Below, in pieces: positions 48,763-61,851 of a stretch of DNA of 64,000 nt. A program made the position numbers and the translations under genes. Source of the stretch: Squalus acanthias (taxonomy: Eukaryota); contig CM059431.1 of the NCBI GenBank assembly GCA_030390025.1, positions 106,828,001 to 106,892,000 on the forward strand, written 5' to 3'. The notes beneath the pieces were generated by a model that was given only the letters and a program-made list of their open reading frames with translations, did no database searches and had not been told where the DNA came from. Every line of letters starts with the position of its first letter. Position 1 is the stretch's first letter.

Positions 48763-49563
48763 TATCCCTCTTCTCTACAAGAGTAAAATGTTTTCGGGTG
48801 CAGCATTGACGGCGTGCAGGGAGCGCGCACCAGAAGCTGAAGGCCAAGGTTCAAATGTCATTGGGCCTCGGGCCAGATTAACTAATTTCCGGTGAGCTGC
48901 GGATGCCAATCAGATGTCCAGAGGCAGCTCGCCATTTTGAACAAGACCAATTTGGGTCTCACCAGCGGTGGCCCTCAGGCAGGTTGTAGGAGGTGGGGGG
49001 ATGGTGGAAGGAATGGGGGGTGGGGTGGAGGTGATTGCGAACCAGCGGTGCCCCTCAGGTGTGCTGTGCAGCCAGGAGGTGGACTCCTGCTCCTCCTCGC
49101 TCCACAATGTAGCTAAAATAAGAATGAAAACCTTACTTTTTTGTTGGCGGTCGCTGGTTAGGCCGCAGGAATGACTGGAAAACCTGAGTGAAGCGGGCTA
49201 GGCAACTGCTCCGCTCAATGCTAACCAATTTTGCAGAGGGGGGGGGGGGTAATTAAAAAGGCGCTAGGCTCCTCATTAGAATATGAAGGGGCCTAACGCC
49301 TTTTTAATGTAGCCGTCCGGGAAGCCTGAATATCATCATGGCCAATATGTTGTCAGATGTATTTCGGTTTTCCTTGGGGTGCGGGACATAGCTCCGCAAA
49401 ATTGGCCAATTTTGACCTCATTCTATGTCCGGGAAAGTGGAGAAACGGGATCCAATCTCTAGGCCATTCTTTGTTAAGTTCCAACTTAATATTCAATTTT
49501 GCACAGCTGGTGAAAGACTGACACAAGTCCACGGTATCAATTGAAGGTTATAGTATGAACTTT

Positions 49564-50307
49564 GGGGGCAAAATTGGGTCGCGCCCCTTTTGGGGCGCTA
49601 ACTTCGCTGGGATGCTACTTTTAGCGCCCCAAAAAAGTTAGCGCCCCCGCGCTCGAAATTCACTGGTAGCGCCCCAAGAGGGAAGCAGGGTGCTACTGGA
49701 AGCACCCCATCTCCCTCTTGGGGCGCTGTGAGAGAATGTCACGGCGCTACGTGCAGCAGCGGTACTGCAGGCCTTCCTCCCCTTATTAAAGGGGAGGGGC
49801 CTAGTGAAGTGCGACCCGGGGCCCAGCTGGGCCACCAGGGATCGGAGTGCCGGCAAAAGAGCCTGGCACTCAAGAGAAGTGCCGGGCTCACGGAGCGCAG
49901 CCGGCACCCTGTGGGGGGACTTCACGGGGGCCGGGGACAGCAACGGGGGCAGGTGCTGGCAGGCGGCCAGCAACAAAAATGGCCGCCTGGCACCTCCCCT
50001 TTAATTTGCGCCGCCCCGGCCGCAGGTAGGCCCCCCCTGACCCTGTTGGACATAGCATCCGGCGATAAGTCAGGGGGCGCTACCGAAGATCGCGGCCGGG
50101 GCGCGAGCGGGGCGCTATGCACGGTTATGACATCATCGCCGGAGGCGCAGCACTGCGGGACGCTAACGGTTACCACCACCGTTAATCTCCCGCTGAATTT
50201 CGCAGGAGGCGTTGGCAGCGCCACGCCCAGGCGCTAGTTGCTTTGTGCCCCATTAACGCCCTGTTATGGCGCTCATGGGAGGCGCAAATCAACCGAAATT
50301 TTCCCCC
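49564..50307. mobile_element. GC-rich PIF/Harbinger-like MITE
   Basis: TIR gggggcaaaatt / aattttccccc; colinear second copy at 61115-61765. Confidence 0.8.
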
Positions 50308-50559
50308 AAATTGTGTCTGAGTTAAACTGGAGCCAGGGAATGAGAATATAGAGGTGGTTAATCATTGTTCTTAAGGTCTACACTATAGTAAAGTAAAATT
50401 TATTCAAATTAAAATCTCACTTATAGAAATGAAGAGCTATGATTTCCACATAGTAGGTGGTTGCTGGTTTTCTGCTGAAGGTATTGGCAGTAAAGGTCCC
50501 TACCTTTTGAAATGTTTTAATCTACCCTCCTGCTTATTTACTCCTGCTAATGATTGGGT

Positions 50560-51305
50560 GCAACAACAACAACAACTTGCATACTTATAGCGCCTTTAAC
50601 GTAGTAAAATGTCCCAAGGTGATTCACAGGAGCGTTATAAGACAAAATTTGACACCAAGCCACATAAGGAGATAACAGGACAGGTGACCAAAAGCTAGGT
50701 CATAGAGATGGGTTTTAAGGAGCACCTCCCAAATCCGCAACCTCTACCACCTAGAAGGACAAGGGCAGCAGGCGCATGGGAACACCACTAGCTCCAAGTT
50801 CCCCTCCAAGTCACACACCATCCTGACTTGGAAATATATCGCTGTTCCTTCATCGTCGCTGGGTCAAAATCCTGGAACTCCCTCCCTAACAGCACTGTGA
50901 GAGTATCTTCACCACACGGACTGCAGCAGTTCAAGAAGGTGGCTCACCACCCACTTTCTCAAGGTCAATTAGGGATGGGCAATAAATGCTAGCCTTGCCA
51001 GCGACACCCACATCCCATGAATTAATTTTAAAGAAAACTTAATGGAGGAGAGAGAGAGATAGAGAGGCCGAGAGTTTTAGGGAGGGAATTCCACAGTTTA
51101 AGGCCTAGGTAGCTGAAGTCACAGCTGCCAATGGTGGAGTGATGAAAATCAGAGATGCACAAGAGGCCAGAATTGGAGGAGCGCACAGATCTCAGTTGGG
51201 GGGGGGGGGGGGGGGCGGCGTTTGTGGGGCTGGAGGAGATTACAGAGATAGAGAGGGGTGAGGCCATGGAGGGATTTGAAAACAAGGATGAGAATTGTAA
51301 AATCA
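50560..51305 (-). mobile_element. L2-type fragment interrupted by an opposite-strand Zenon-like LINE 3' end (about 50723-51025, +)
   Basis: L2 sequence breaks at tttaaggagc and resumes at ggaggagaga; the insert matches 56670-56978. Confidence 0.75.
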
Positions 51306-52040
51306 GAGCCACTGAACAAACATACATTTTAATCTATCAACAGCAACAGACTTCTCCTAGTTAACAAGTGTTATTTACGATTATCCATTATGTCATCATA
51401 CAATTTGTAATCTCAAAATCTATAAGCAGTAAATGTGAAGAGTCAGCGATGGCCCTCACATTCTGGAGCAGGCAGGTGCTGAAGATGTGCCTACAGGGAT
51501 TTTCAGAACCTCTCTCTCCATGAAGGCCTCCCACAGGGTGCGTGTGAGTCTTATTACACTCTATTCATGTTCAAACTGGTCCCACGCTGAAATCAGTAAT
51601 GTTTTTCACCAGTTAATTCCTTCAGTAGTTTAAAATAGGTACTGGTTGCAATTTGCTCCTGTCGCCTTTAGAAGTTTGATGTTTGAAGGGATGACTGACG
51701 GTTTAGTATAGCGCTGAAATCTCTTTTTTGTTTGGTTTTGATTTAGTTACATCTGCATTATCTTTGGTGCATTACGTCCTGTTGATGATCGTTGCTTTAT
51801 TTTTTGTATTGTAGGACTCTTTCTGCAGATACCTCTCCCCGCAGCCCTGTCGCTGCCACTCGCTGTTTCATTAGCAGCAACCACGGTTGGGTTTAACTTG
51901 AGAATTCCACTCGGCAATCCCAATGGCACTGACAGATTTGGAGGAGGAGGAAGAGAAGTTCATGCAGATGGAACAAACGCAGAAGGAACAAACGCGGGTA
52001 CAATTGCACCTCCTCTTCATACGATGACTCTTCAGGCTTA

Positions 52041-52212
52041 AAAGTGAGAAGTCGCACAACACCAGGTTATAGTCCAACAGTTTTATTTGAAATCACAAGC
52101 TTTCGGAGCTGCTGCTCCTTCGTTCAAATAAAACTGTTGGACTATAATCTGGTGTTCTGCGACTTCTCACTTTTGTCCACCCCAGTCCAACACCGGCATC
52201 TCCACATCATCA
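52041..52212. mobile_element. Short fold-back insertion, probably derived from a Penelope terminal repeat
   Basis: Inverted arms of about 50 bp (aaagtgagaagtcgcacaacaccaggttatagtccaacagttttatttgaa and its near-complement); duplication TCAGGCTTA at 52032-52040 and 52213-52221. Confidence 0.8.
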
Positions 52213-53351
52213 TCAGGCTTAGGCGCACCTACTTGAGGATGTCTAGAGAGACCTACCTTCGCAATCGACATTGTACGAGGAAAACTGTCATTAAGTTATG
52301 CCATCTCCTTGAGCACCATACCACTTTGTGCCGGGTTGTGAGATGATCCAGCAACAACTGCCAATACTTCAGACCTTGTTCCGACTGCCTTCTCCTGTCC
52401 ATCGTCTGCCAATTTATTAGTCCTTAGAGGGGGCCAGTTGAGTTGGCCGCACGTGGCATCATCACCCTGAGAAGAAGGTGCCTCATCCATGTCTCCTCCT
52501 GCTATCCCCTGGCTGCTACGTGTCCCTTGCAGATGACCAGGGATCTGGCCATCATGTAGGAAGCCCAGCATTAAGGTTCTCTCAAGCCAATCCTCTGGCT
52601 TTTCCAAACTAGAAGTTAAACAGTTAGATCCTCCTGTAAATTGGAGTCCAAGGTCTCAATCGCTGCAGTCAATGTGGGAAACTGTATCTATGCTTTAGAC
52701 CTTCCTCAGAGTCTCGTACATACTATGCAGGAAGCTCTGAAGGAACCGTAGGCACCGTAACAAAAGCACATTCAGAGCTGGCCTTTCATTTAGGTTGTCC
52801 ACGTATCCTCTGCAGCTACCTTCACTTGTTCCTCAGTTGTGGTGTTTGCTTCACCTGGTGCTACCACCTGGCCATCTCTATCCCATTCTCCCGACGTGTA
52901 TTATCTGAGCTGGAGCCTGCATGCTCAATGGAAGAGAGAGGGGGTGTCATCCATCCACGGAGGGGGGAGGAGAAAAATCAACTTTGGCTAAAGAGCCTCC
53001 GGACCCGGATCTCAGGGGCCAAGTCTTCAGAAAAGCAATGAGGTGGGAACAATGATCTCGTGCAGATGAAGTGGAGATGATTCCATGCATATGGTTGAGA
53101 TAATGAACAAGTTGGAGGAGTTTGCTACCTGTATCTGCAACCTGTTGCAGGACTTTTCTCCTTAACTGCAGGACACCCTGGAGACCGTGTCTGCCAGGGA
53201 ACTTGTTAGAGCATCAAGACGCCAGGAAGTAGCTTCTAATTACATTGGTGACTACCAGAGTGACAGTGATGAATGCTTCAACAGATGCTTTGACGTGAAC
53301 ATTCACAGGGATTCCAACACCTCATTGTGACAATAGGGTCTGTTATGATAC

Positions 53352-53797
53352 AAGACTTGCATTTATATAGCGCCTTTCACAACCGCAGGATGTCCCATAG
53401 CACTTTACTGCCAATGAAGTATTTTTTGAAGTGTAGTCACTGTTGTAATGTAGGGAATGCAGCAGCCAATTTGCGCACAACAAGCTCCCACAAACAGCAA
53501 TATGATAATCTGTTTCAGTGATGTTGGTTGAGGAATAAATATTGGCCAATACACCGGGGAAAATGCCCCTGTTTTATATCGAAATAATGGCACGGGTTCC
53601 TTTACATCCACCTGAGAGAGCAGACGGGGCCTCAGTTTAACGTCTCATCCGAAAGACAGCACCTCCAACAGTGCAGCACACCCTCAGCACTGCACTAGAC
53701 TAGGTTTCAGCCTAGATTTTTTTTTTGTGCTCAAGTCCCTGGTAGGGGACTTGAATCCACGACCTTTTGACTCAGGCAAGTGTGCTACTCACTGAGC
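53352..53797 (-). mobile_element. DeuSINE (SacSINE1-like)
   Basis: Reverse complement of the 28120-28588 type. Confidence 0.85.
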
Positions 53798-54259
53798 ACC
53801 GACAAGTAACACCTCTGAGCCTGTGCCCAGCAGTTCTGATCTGCTAGGTGTGGGTGCAGATGTTGCTACTTCTCCACAGAATAGAAGTGAGCCCACTTCC
53901 TTAAGGCCCCCTTATGAGGCAGCTCCAGACATGCGCCTGGCATCCCTTGCTACTACGTGGCTGGAAGCTGGTTCTTCTGGGAGACCAGCTACCCTGAGAC
54001 AAGAGTCACCTCCTGTCTCTAAGGCTCCAAGGGAACCATCTCTGCCACCCACCGCTCAAACTCATCTTTACATCACTTTGTAGAAGTAGTATCTTAGGAA
54101 CTAGAGTGAGAAAATATCTGGCACACAGGGTAGTCATGGTGTTAAGAGGTAGTTGCAGAAAAGGAGAATTTATTTTATTGGTTTACGTCCTTGCTTGAAG
54201 TAAATACAGCTTGATCACGTAGAGTTGTGAGTTAATTTATGTGTCTGCTTTCCACTTTT

Positions 54260-54705
54260 GTGGCTCAGTGGGTAGCATTCGTACCTCTGAGTCAGAAGGT
54301 TGTGGGTTCAAGCCCCACTCCAAGGACTTGAGCACAAAACTCTAGGCTGACACTAAGGGAGTGCTGCACTGTCGGAGATGCTATCTTTCGGATGCAATGT
54401 TAAACCGAGGCCCCATCTGCTCTCGCAGGTGGACGTAAAAGATCCCACGGCACTATTTTGAAGAAGAGCCGGGGAGTCCTGGTGTCCTGGCCAACATTTA
54501 TCCCTCAACCGACATCACTAAAACAGATTCTTTGGTCATTATCACATTGCTGCTTGTGGGAGCTTGCTGTGCACAAATTGGCTGCCGCGTTTCCTAATTT
54601 ACAACAGTGACTACACTTCAAAAAGTACTTCATTGGCTGTAAAATGATTTGGGACGTCTGGTGGTTGTGAAAGGTGCTATATAAATGGAAGTCTTTTTCT
54701 TTTTT
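54260..54705 (+). mobile_element. DeuSINE (SacSINE1-like)
   Basis: A-box-like tggctcagtgggtag, B-box-like gggttcaagccc, Deu-like core and L2-like tail. Confidence 0.85.
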
Positions 54706-56444
54706 TGAGAGTTGGATGTGGCGGGGAAATGTAGTCGTTTGTCTTATGAAGGATCTTGACATAAGTCTTGGGCAGTGAGAGATTTTATGAGGGTGTGTGG
54801 GAGAGAACAGGCAGGTGTGAAGTGACTTTATGTGATGAGTCAAAAATTCTGGTCTCTCAATTTAATTTTGCTTTTCTTGCTCTGGCAGTTATCTGCTGGT
54901 TCTGCTGTTCCACTTTTACTTCTTCATGTACACCATCTCCGTGCTGTGGGGATGCTTAAGTAAGACCTACTTGTTCTGTAGACCCTGGTGAGTGGATATC
55001 CATGTGTAGGATAGAGATATCTTCGATGATGCTTAACTGTAAGAGCCTTCAATCTAGCCTCTTCCATGTTTTCATCTTTCTCTTCATAACATCAAAATAA
55101 TGGGATGCTTATTGAGAAATCCACCTTTAGAGTGCAAAGCAGTACTTTGGACAGAGCTGAGTAAAAGTAGGAACAAATGTCCTGACTAATCCCCCAAGGT
55201 ATTGCAAAGATTGCTGTGCAAAACAAAGCAAAGCCGACCTTCAGGAGAAGCACACAAACTGGCCTCCTCAGTGTGGTAACTGCCTCAGTGATATCTTGCT
55301 GCCACTAAATAGGGGTGGGTTTGGAGTGACAGTGGAACACAAAAGTGGGGATGGGGAGGAGATAGCCACTCCCCATTGACACCATTTAAACATGGCGCAG
55401 CGGGCTTCTGGTGGGTTTTCGAGCAAACTCGCAGATTTTTGGGATCACAATTTAGGCGCAGTTCATTCTGCAGCATTAGCCTTTAAGAGCACATTTTAGT
55501 CTGCTTATTGCCTCAAAACAATGTGATTATTGGGAAAACCCAGGCCTTTGTTGATAAATTAGAGACGATAATGATGGCCTTATTTCACCCTCACCGTTAG
55601 CAGTCTTTATTGTAACGTGTTATTGATTTGTTCGTTGAGTCTAGCACTGTCTGCACTGAACCTAATCTAGATATTTTTTTCAATTATTGCATAGAGGTTC
55701 AAAAAGATTGAGAAAAGTCAATTATCTTGTATTACCTCAATTCTTTAAAGTAGAATAAAAAATGATTGGGTGTTAGCGTAAAATGGGTGACATCAATTCA
55801 GCCGCCTGTTATACATCTCTGCCAAATTGGGCGGTTGAATCGATATCACTTGTTTACACCATCAGTCAAATTCAAAATTAAACCCCATTGAATTTAAGAA
55901 ACTGTGAACAGCAGTCCCAGGTCAAACATTAATGGATGTAAAAGAGCAAGGATAAGAAGGTTATCCCATTTCTATGGGCTCATGATATCCCTTTGTCCCT
56001 TTCTACAACATATTTACTTTATACCACGGCACTAAACTAACTGTGAGACTCCACTGGGACAATTGCCAGTCATGTGAATAATGCAAACCTCATTCAAGTA
56101 ATGAAAATTATGCTCCGAGATTCAGAAAGCAAATTGCAGTATTAAACAATTTTTATGCCATGAGGGGAAAACAAACTGAAGACGCCGTGAAAGGAAAGGC
56201 TATCACGTATTTAAGTACTTTTAAAAAGAGCGTTGGACCTCCTAACTCAATGCAGCAGTTTCATCCAAAACATGGGTAGCCATCGGTAGCACCTTTACAA
56301 CTAAAAGAAGTGGAACAGGTCACTGAACGAGGTGGAATGATGTGAAGAGAGGAGCAAAGGACAAAGTGTCATTAAAATCCTAACTTAGGAAGAAGCCGTT
56401 GTACAATGATGACACTTCCAGTATGAAACTAGCCATGAACAGGA

Positions 56445-56978
56445 CAAGGCACAAGTAAGGAGTGTGATGGAATACCCTCCACTTGCCTGGATGAGTGCAG
56501 CTCCAACAACACTCAAGAAGCTCAACATCATCCAGGACAAAGCAGCCCGCTTGATTGGCACCCCATCCACCATCTTAAACATTCACTCCCTCCACCACCG
56601 GCGTACCGTGGCTGCAGTCTTTACCATCTACAAGATGCACTGCAGCAACTCGCCAAGGCTTCTTCGGCAGCACCTCCCAAACCCGCGACCTCTTCCACCT
56701 AGAAGGACAAGGGCAGCAGGGGCATGGGAACACCACCACCTCCAAGTTCCCCTCCAAGTCACACACCTTCCTAACTGAGAAGTATATCGCCGATCCTTCA
56801 TCGTCGCTGGGTCAAAATCCTGGAACTCCCTACCTCACAGCACTGTGGGAGTACCTTCACCTCACAGACTGCAGCGGTTCAAGAAGGCGGCTCACCACCA
56901 CCTCCTCAAGGGCAATTAGGGATGGGCCATAAATGCTGGCCTTGCCAGCGACGCCCACATCCCATAAAAACGAATAAA
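56445..56978 (+). mobile_element. CR1-group (Zenon-like) LINE 3' fragment
   Basis: MEYPPLAWMSAAPTTLKKLNIIQDKAARLIG; 3' end cccacatcccataaaaacgaataaaa. Confidence 0.85.
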
Positions 56979-57356
56979 AACAACGCAACTTCAGTCACTG
57001 CACCAAACGGGGGAGTGCAAAGGAGAGATGCCACTAAAAGCAGAGAGAAATTAACTCACTGTCACATTCATCTGCAGACCACCCCCAATATAATGGCAAA
57101 TAGTAAATATCTTGTGTGTTTTACTTGTTGGGCTTCCAGTTGGCTAAGGAGGCTACTTTTATTTGGACAAGTGCTTCTGTCAACCAGGCAAGTAAAAAAA
57201 CAAACACTTTTTACATTTGAATTATTTTTATCTACATGGAAGGCAAATTAATGTCATTGCTAGTTTTGTTCTGTATTTCTGCTATATTATGAATGCTAGC
57301 CTCTTCCCTACTTTTATACATTTTCCATTGCTTTGTGTTGCAGTTTTGGTCTTGAG

Positions 57357-57500
57357 CAACGATCCCCCTAAGCTGCGCGGCCATGCGCAGGGATCGGGAG
57401 GTCCCGCGCAGGCCGCTCACCAGCTGTAACGCTGGAAAAGATACCGCGCATCATATTTAAAGGGACCGCGCACCTAAAATAAAAATTAGAGGGAGCGTTG
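57357..57500. mobile_element. 144-bp hAT-like MITE
   Basis: TIR caacgatcccccta / tagagggagcgttg; 8-bp duplication gtcttgag / gtcttaag. Confidence 0.75.
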
Positions 57501-59139
57501 GTCTTAAGTCTTGCTTAATAGCATCATCCAATAGAATAGTTTATTCTATGCACAGACATGCTCGAATTGCTGCTCATTGTCCTCACTGTCATTGCCCATT
57601 GTTCTTTTGGAATTTAATTTAATAGATATTGGCCCCTTTTATCATTGTATCAGGCTGCACTGTATAATTACGACGCTGGAAAAAAAAATTGCCACCGATA
57701 AACACAACAGGATATAAGCCTCAATTAAAAAAGCTGGTCAAGGAACACAGATCTGCAATCTAAAACCTACTGCCGAGGGATGATGGTAAGAGTGTGAAGG
57801 AATTGCGGCAGGAGTTAGTGAGATTGCACACACGTCTGATGCCATCAAGAATGTCAAACGCTACCAGGACTTTCACTGAGCGAATTCTTTCCCTGTTTCT
57901 GAAAATTATTTAGTAAACGGGCTTGGAAGGGCACCTGGAGTATAATCATAGCTCGAAAGACATTGCAAAAATTCTGCAACAGCGCAACCTCCTATTTGGT
58001 TCTCGGCTGAAAGGTCACAGGACAGCAAATGAGCCGGTCAACCTCCCTGAGAAAGGTAGCAGTGACCCATAGAAGTACACTGCTGATTGATTGAAGCCAT
58101 GATGGCCATCTACTGGTGTCTGAAAATGCCAATGACAATGAGAACTGCAGTCACCTTCACTGGCAGCAGAAGGACATCACACAGCATCTGCTTGTTAAAT
58201 AAAATCCTACAGCATCAGTCAGTGGTTGTCAGACCAGCCTGTGAAAATAATCTGTACATTCTGGAGACTGTACTCATCCCCTGTGTCTCTTAAACAGGAA
58301 TCCTTCAGCCACTTTGAGATCATTGCCTGGAAGAAATGCATGTTTTTTTTTGAATGGTTTGCCCTAAGTTTTAATGCCATGAAAAATATGATCCAAATGA
58401 TAGTACAGGAAATAGCAACTTACCACTTTTTAAAACCTGCGCGCATCTATTGCCACATTTTACTTTCATAAAGGTAAAATGCACCAGTGTATCTTAGCAA
58501 ATGCAAATAGCAAGGCCAGAATAACAGTTTAAAGCACATTGTAAACAATTAAATAAAACCAGAATAGCACCACACCATGGCAATACGAAGCATTAACACC
58601 ACTGCAGAACAGAATGGAATTATGCCCTGAGAGAAAAGCAAAATGTAATTTATAGCTAGTGATATAATAAACATTACTTCAATCAGAATCTCTGGCAAAT
58701 ATACAATGAAAATAATCTGAAGCCTCCCCAGTTTGGTAAAATATATTGAATTTATGCTTCACTGACTCTAATTGCAGATGTTGTTTACTTTGTTGAGTGA
58801 TGTAGACAGCTTTTCTTAATGCAGAATAGAATGGATAATTTAATTACTAAGCGTGAATTTGTTTGAACTATAATGATTTTGAATTTTTTGAAATCGGCAG
58901 TCGTTGTACATACCAAATCAAATCTGTGGCTTAGACTGAGATAAATGAGAATTTCATACTCGGAGAAAATACGGAAGCAGCCACATTAAAGGAATGCACT
59001 TCAAAAATATCTCGAATTAAGCCTTCTAACTTTGAATTGTTGTCCTCAAGACACCAGGCAACATTTGGCACAGCAATCTGAAAAGTTGAAATCCGAATCA
59101 CCTGCTCCAGAAAATAAGAACTAATTACGATCACACCGA

Positions 59140-59660
59140 GAACTTGCATTTAACGTAGAAAGACATCCCAAGGTGCGTTGCAGTGACGTAACCAAAAAAG
59201 TGGAAGTCAAGCCAAAGAATGAGATGTGAGCAGAGTTGACCAAAAGCTTGGTCACAGAGGTGGGTTTTAAGGAGGGCCGTAAGGAGGAGAAAGAGGTGGA
59301 GAGTGGTTTAAGGGAGGGATTGACTGAGTGTGGGGCCGAGGCAGCTGAAGGCACGGTTAAGAAGGGCGGGACGAAAGGAGGTGGATGGCATTAGAAGACA
59401 AATTCGGAGGACCGGAGAGTTTGGAGAGGGTGAGGGGGAGGTTGTAGGGCTGGGGGAGGTTAGAGATAGGGAGGAGCAAGGCCATGAAGGGGATTTAAAC
59501 ACGAGGATGGGAATTTTAAATTTTAAATGCTGGGGGGAATCGGGAGACAATGTAGGTCAGTAAGGACAGTAAGGACAGGGGTAGTAGGTGATTGGGATTG
59601 GCACGGTGTTAGAACACGGGCAGCTGAGTTTTGCATGAGCTGAAGTTGATGGAGGGTGCA
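59140..59660 (-). mobile_element. Older L2-type LINE fragment
   Basis: Translation LQLMQNSAARVLT...LTDLHCLP and FKIPILVFKS; 3' tail similar to the other L2 copies. Confidence 0.75.
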
Positions 59661-60211
59661 GCATGTGAATCTGGCAGGAGAGTACATTGCCTGACTGATT
59701 CCTGTGGGTGACTTAACATGTTGCTTCCACATGAGAATAATCTTCCCTCCACAATACCTGCCATTGTTGTTTTGTTTGTATTTTCTTTTATATGTACTTA
59801 GTGTTCTATAATCAAACAGAATAACAAAAAAAAAAATGAGAGAGGGAAAATGGGAACGCAGGTCCAAACAAAAGATGTTGTCTGTCTCGGAGAACTTAAA
59901 GTTTTTTTTTTCCCTTTCAGCCACACAAAGGCAACTGACAGGAAAACAAGCAGTAATGATGACTTTCTGTTTGATTGTTAAGATATCATGTACGACATTA
60001 AGAGTCTGGCACCCAGAGGCAGCAGCTCTGATGTGTATATTTTACTAATGAGAGAAACAGATTTATTTTGAGGCTTATGACTTTATTAACTCAAAATTCG
60101 TGCGTCCCTGCTCCACCACCAGACATGTGGTGGGGTGGGGCTCTCCTGGTGCCAACTGCCAAGGAAGGTGACCCCCGACCCCCCCCCACCCCCCAAATTC
60201 CAGGGGCAAAT

Positions 60212-60652
60212 AGGGTTAAATTATGAGGACAGGTTGAATAGGCTCGGCTTGTATTCCCTTGAGTATAGGAGATTGAGGGGTGATCTAATTGAGGTGTTTA
60301 AAATGATGGGGTGGATACAAAAAAACTATTTCCTCTGGTGGGGGAAGTCCAGAACAAGGGGGCAGAACCTTAAAATTAGAGCCAGGCCGTTCAGGGGTGA
60401 TGTCAGGAAGCACTTCTTCACACAAAGGGTAGTGGAAATCTGGAACTCTTTCCCCCAAAAAGCTGTTGAGGCTGAGGGGGGCGGGGGTCAATTGATAATT
60501 TCAAAATTGAGATTGATAGATTTTTGTTAGGTAAGGGTATTCAGGGTTACGGAACCAAGGCGGGTAAATGGAGTTAAGATACAAATCAGCCATGATCTAA
60601 TGGCGGAACAGGCTCAAGGGGGCTGACTGGCCTCCTCCTGTTGCTATGTTCC
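60212..60652 (+). mobile_element. CR1 LINE 3' fragment
   Basis: GLNYEDRLNRLGLYSLEYRRLRGDLIEVFK...FFTQRVVEIWNS. Confidence 0.88.
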
Positions 60653-61114
60653 TATTTCAATAATTGGGGCAGTTGGGCTGTGCTTGTAGAGATGCAACCG
60701 AAGTATCTGCTGGGATCAATTACTTTTCATTCCTTACATTTTTGGAGCCTTTACTGGGCCCATGCACGCCTACACTCAGCAGGTGAGGCTTCTGCTGCAT
60801 CTAGTGAGGGCATGCTGGCTAGAATTCCCAAAGTATTCCAGTATTGTCCCAAACATGCTTCCAAACCAGACTCAGGATTGGGGATGGTGGGGGTGTGGGT
60901 GGTGGGGGGCGGGAGGCAGAAGGTGCACTCAACCACTCTACCCCCTGCCACCCCGCAAATAACATTTGGGATGCGATGGAAACAAGATGGAAATGCAGCA
61001 GATCTGAGTTCCGCCCCAAATTCCTGCCCCCTCAGCCCACCTTGGATGACAACCCGAGTTGCGTTCACTCTCCTCCCAGGAACGTTGCCCACTCTATTTT
61101 TACCTTTGACCTTT

Positions 61115-61765
61115 GGATGGAAAAATTGAGTCGCGCCCCCTTTGGGGCGCTAACTTCGCTACTTTTAGCGCCCCAAAAAAATTAGCGCTCCCGCGGCCAG
61201 AATTCATTGGTAGCACCCCAAGAGGGAAACGGGATGCTACTGGAAGCGCCCCGCCTCCCTCTTGGGGTGCTGCGAGTGAATATCGCGGCGCTATGTGCCA
61301 CAGCGCCACGCTCTGCGGCACGTCGCGCCGCGGTACTGCAGGCCTTCCTACCAGGGAACGGAGTGCTGGCAAAAGAGCTCGGCACTCAAGAGAAGTGCTG
61401 GGCTCATGGAGCGCAGCCGGCACTCTGAGGAGGGGGCTTCAGACGAGGCCGGGGACGGCAGAGGGGGCAGGTGCTGGAAGCGGCCAGCAATAAGAAATGG
61501 CCGCCCAGCACCTTCCGTTTAATTAGCGCCGCCCCGGCCGCAGGTAGGCCCCCCTGATCCTGTCAGACATAGCGTCTGGTGGTAAGTCAGAGCGCGCTAC
61601 GGAGATCGCGGTCGGGGCGTGAGCAGGGCACTGCGCACGGCGATGACATCATAGCCGGTGACACAGCGCCACAGGGCGCTAATGGTTGCCACCGCCGCTG
61701 ACCTCCCGCTGAATTTCGCTACTAGGGCGCTAACGGGAGGCGCAAAGCAACCGAATTTTTAGGCC
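61115..61765. mobile_element. GC-rich PIF/Harbinger-like MITE, second copy of the 49564 family
   Basis: Colinear similarity to 49564-50307 along its length. Confidence 0.8.
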
Positions 61766-61851
61766 TTGATCTTTATTCCCAGCAAGAGCAGGCCTCTCCT
61801 TCCTTCAGCAGGGAGATTTGAACAGGTTGGGCTGCGAACATCCCCACACTT

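Noticed and set aside
49638..50237. Cluster of overlapping ORFs (likewise 61100-61522 and 26040-26520)
   Set aside because: These lie in GC-rich MITEs with few stop codons; the frames are not conserved between the two family copies and show no domain motifs
54260..54325. tRNA genes at SINE heads (also about 1155 and 28125)
   Set aside because: These are tRNA-derived SINE promoters that continue into SINE bodies, with no complete cloverleaf
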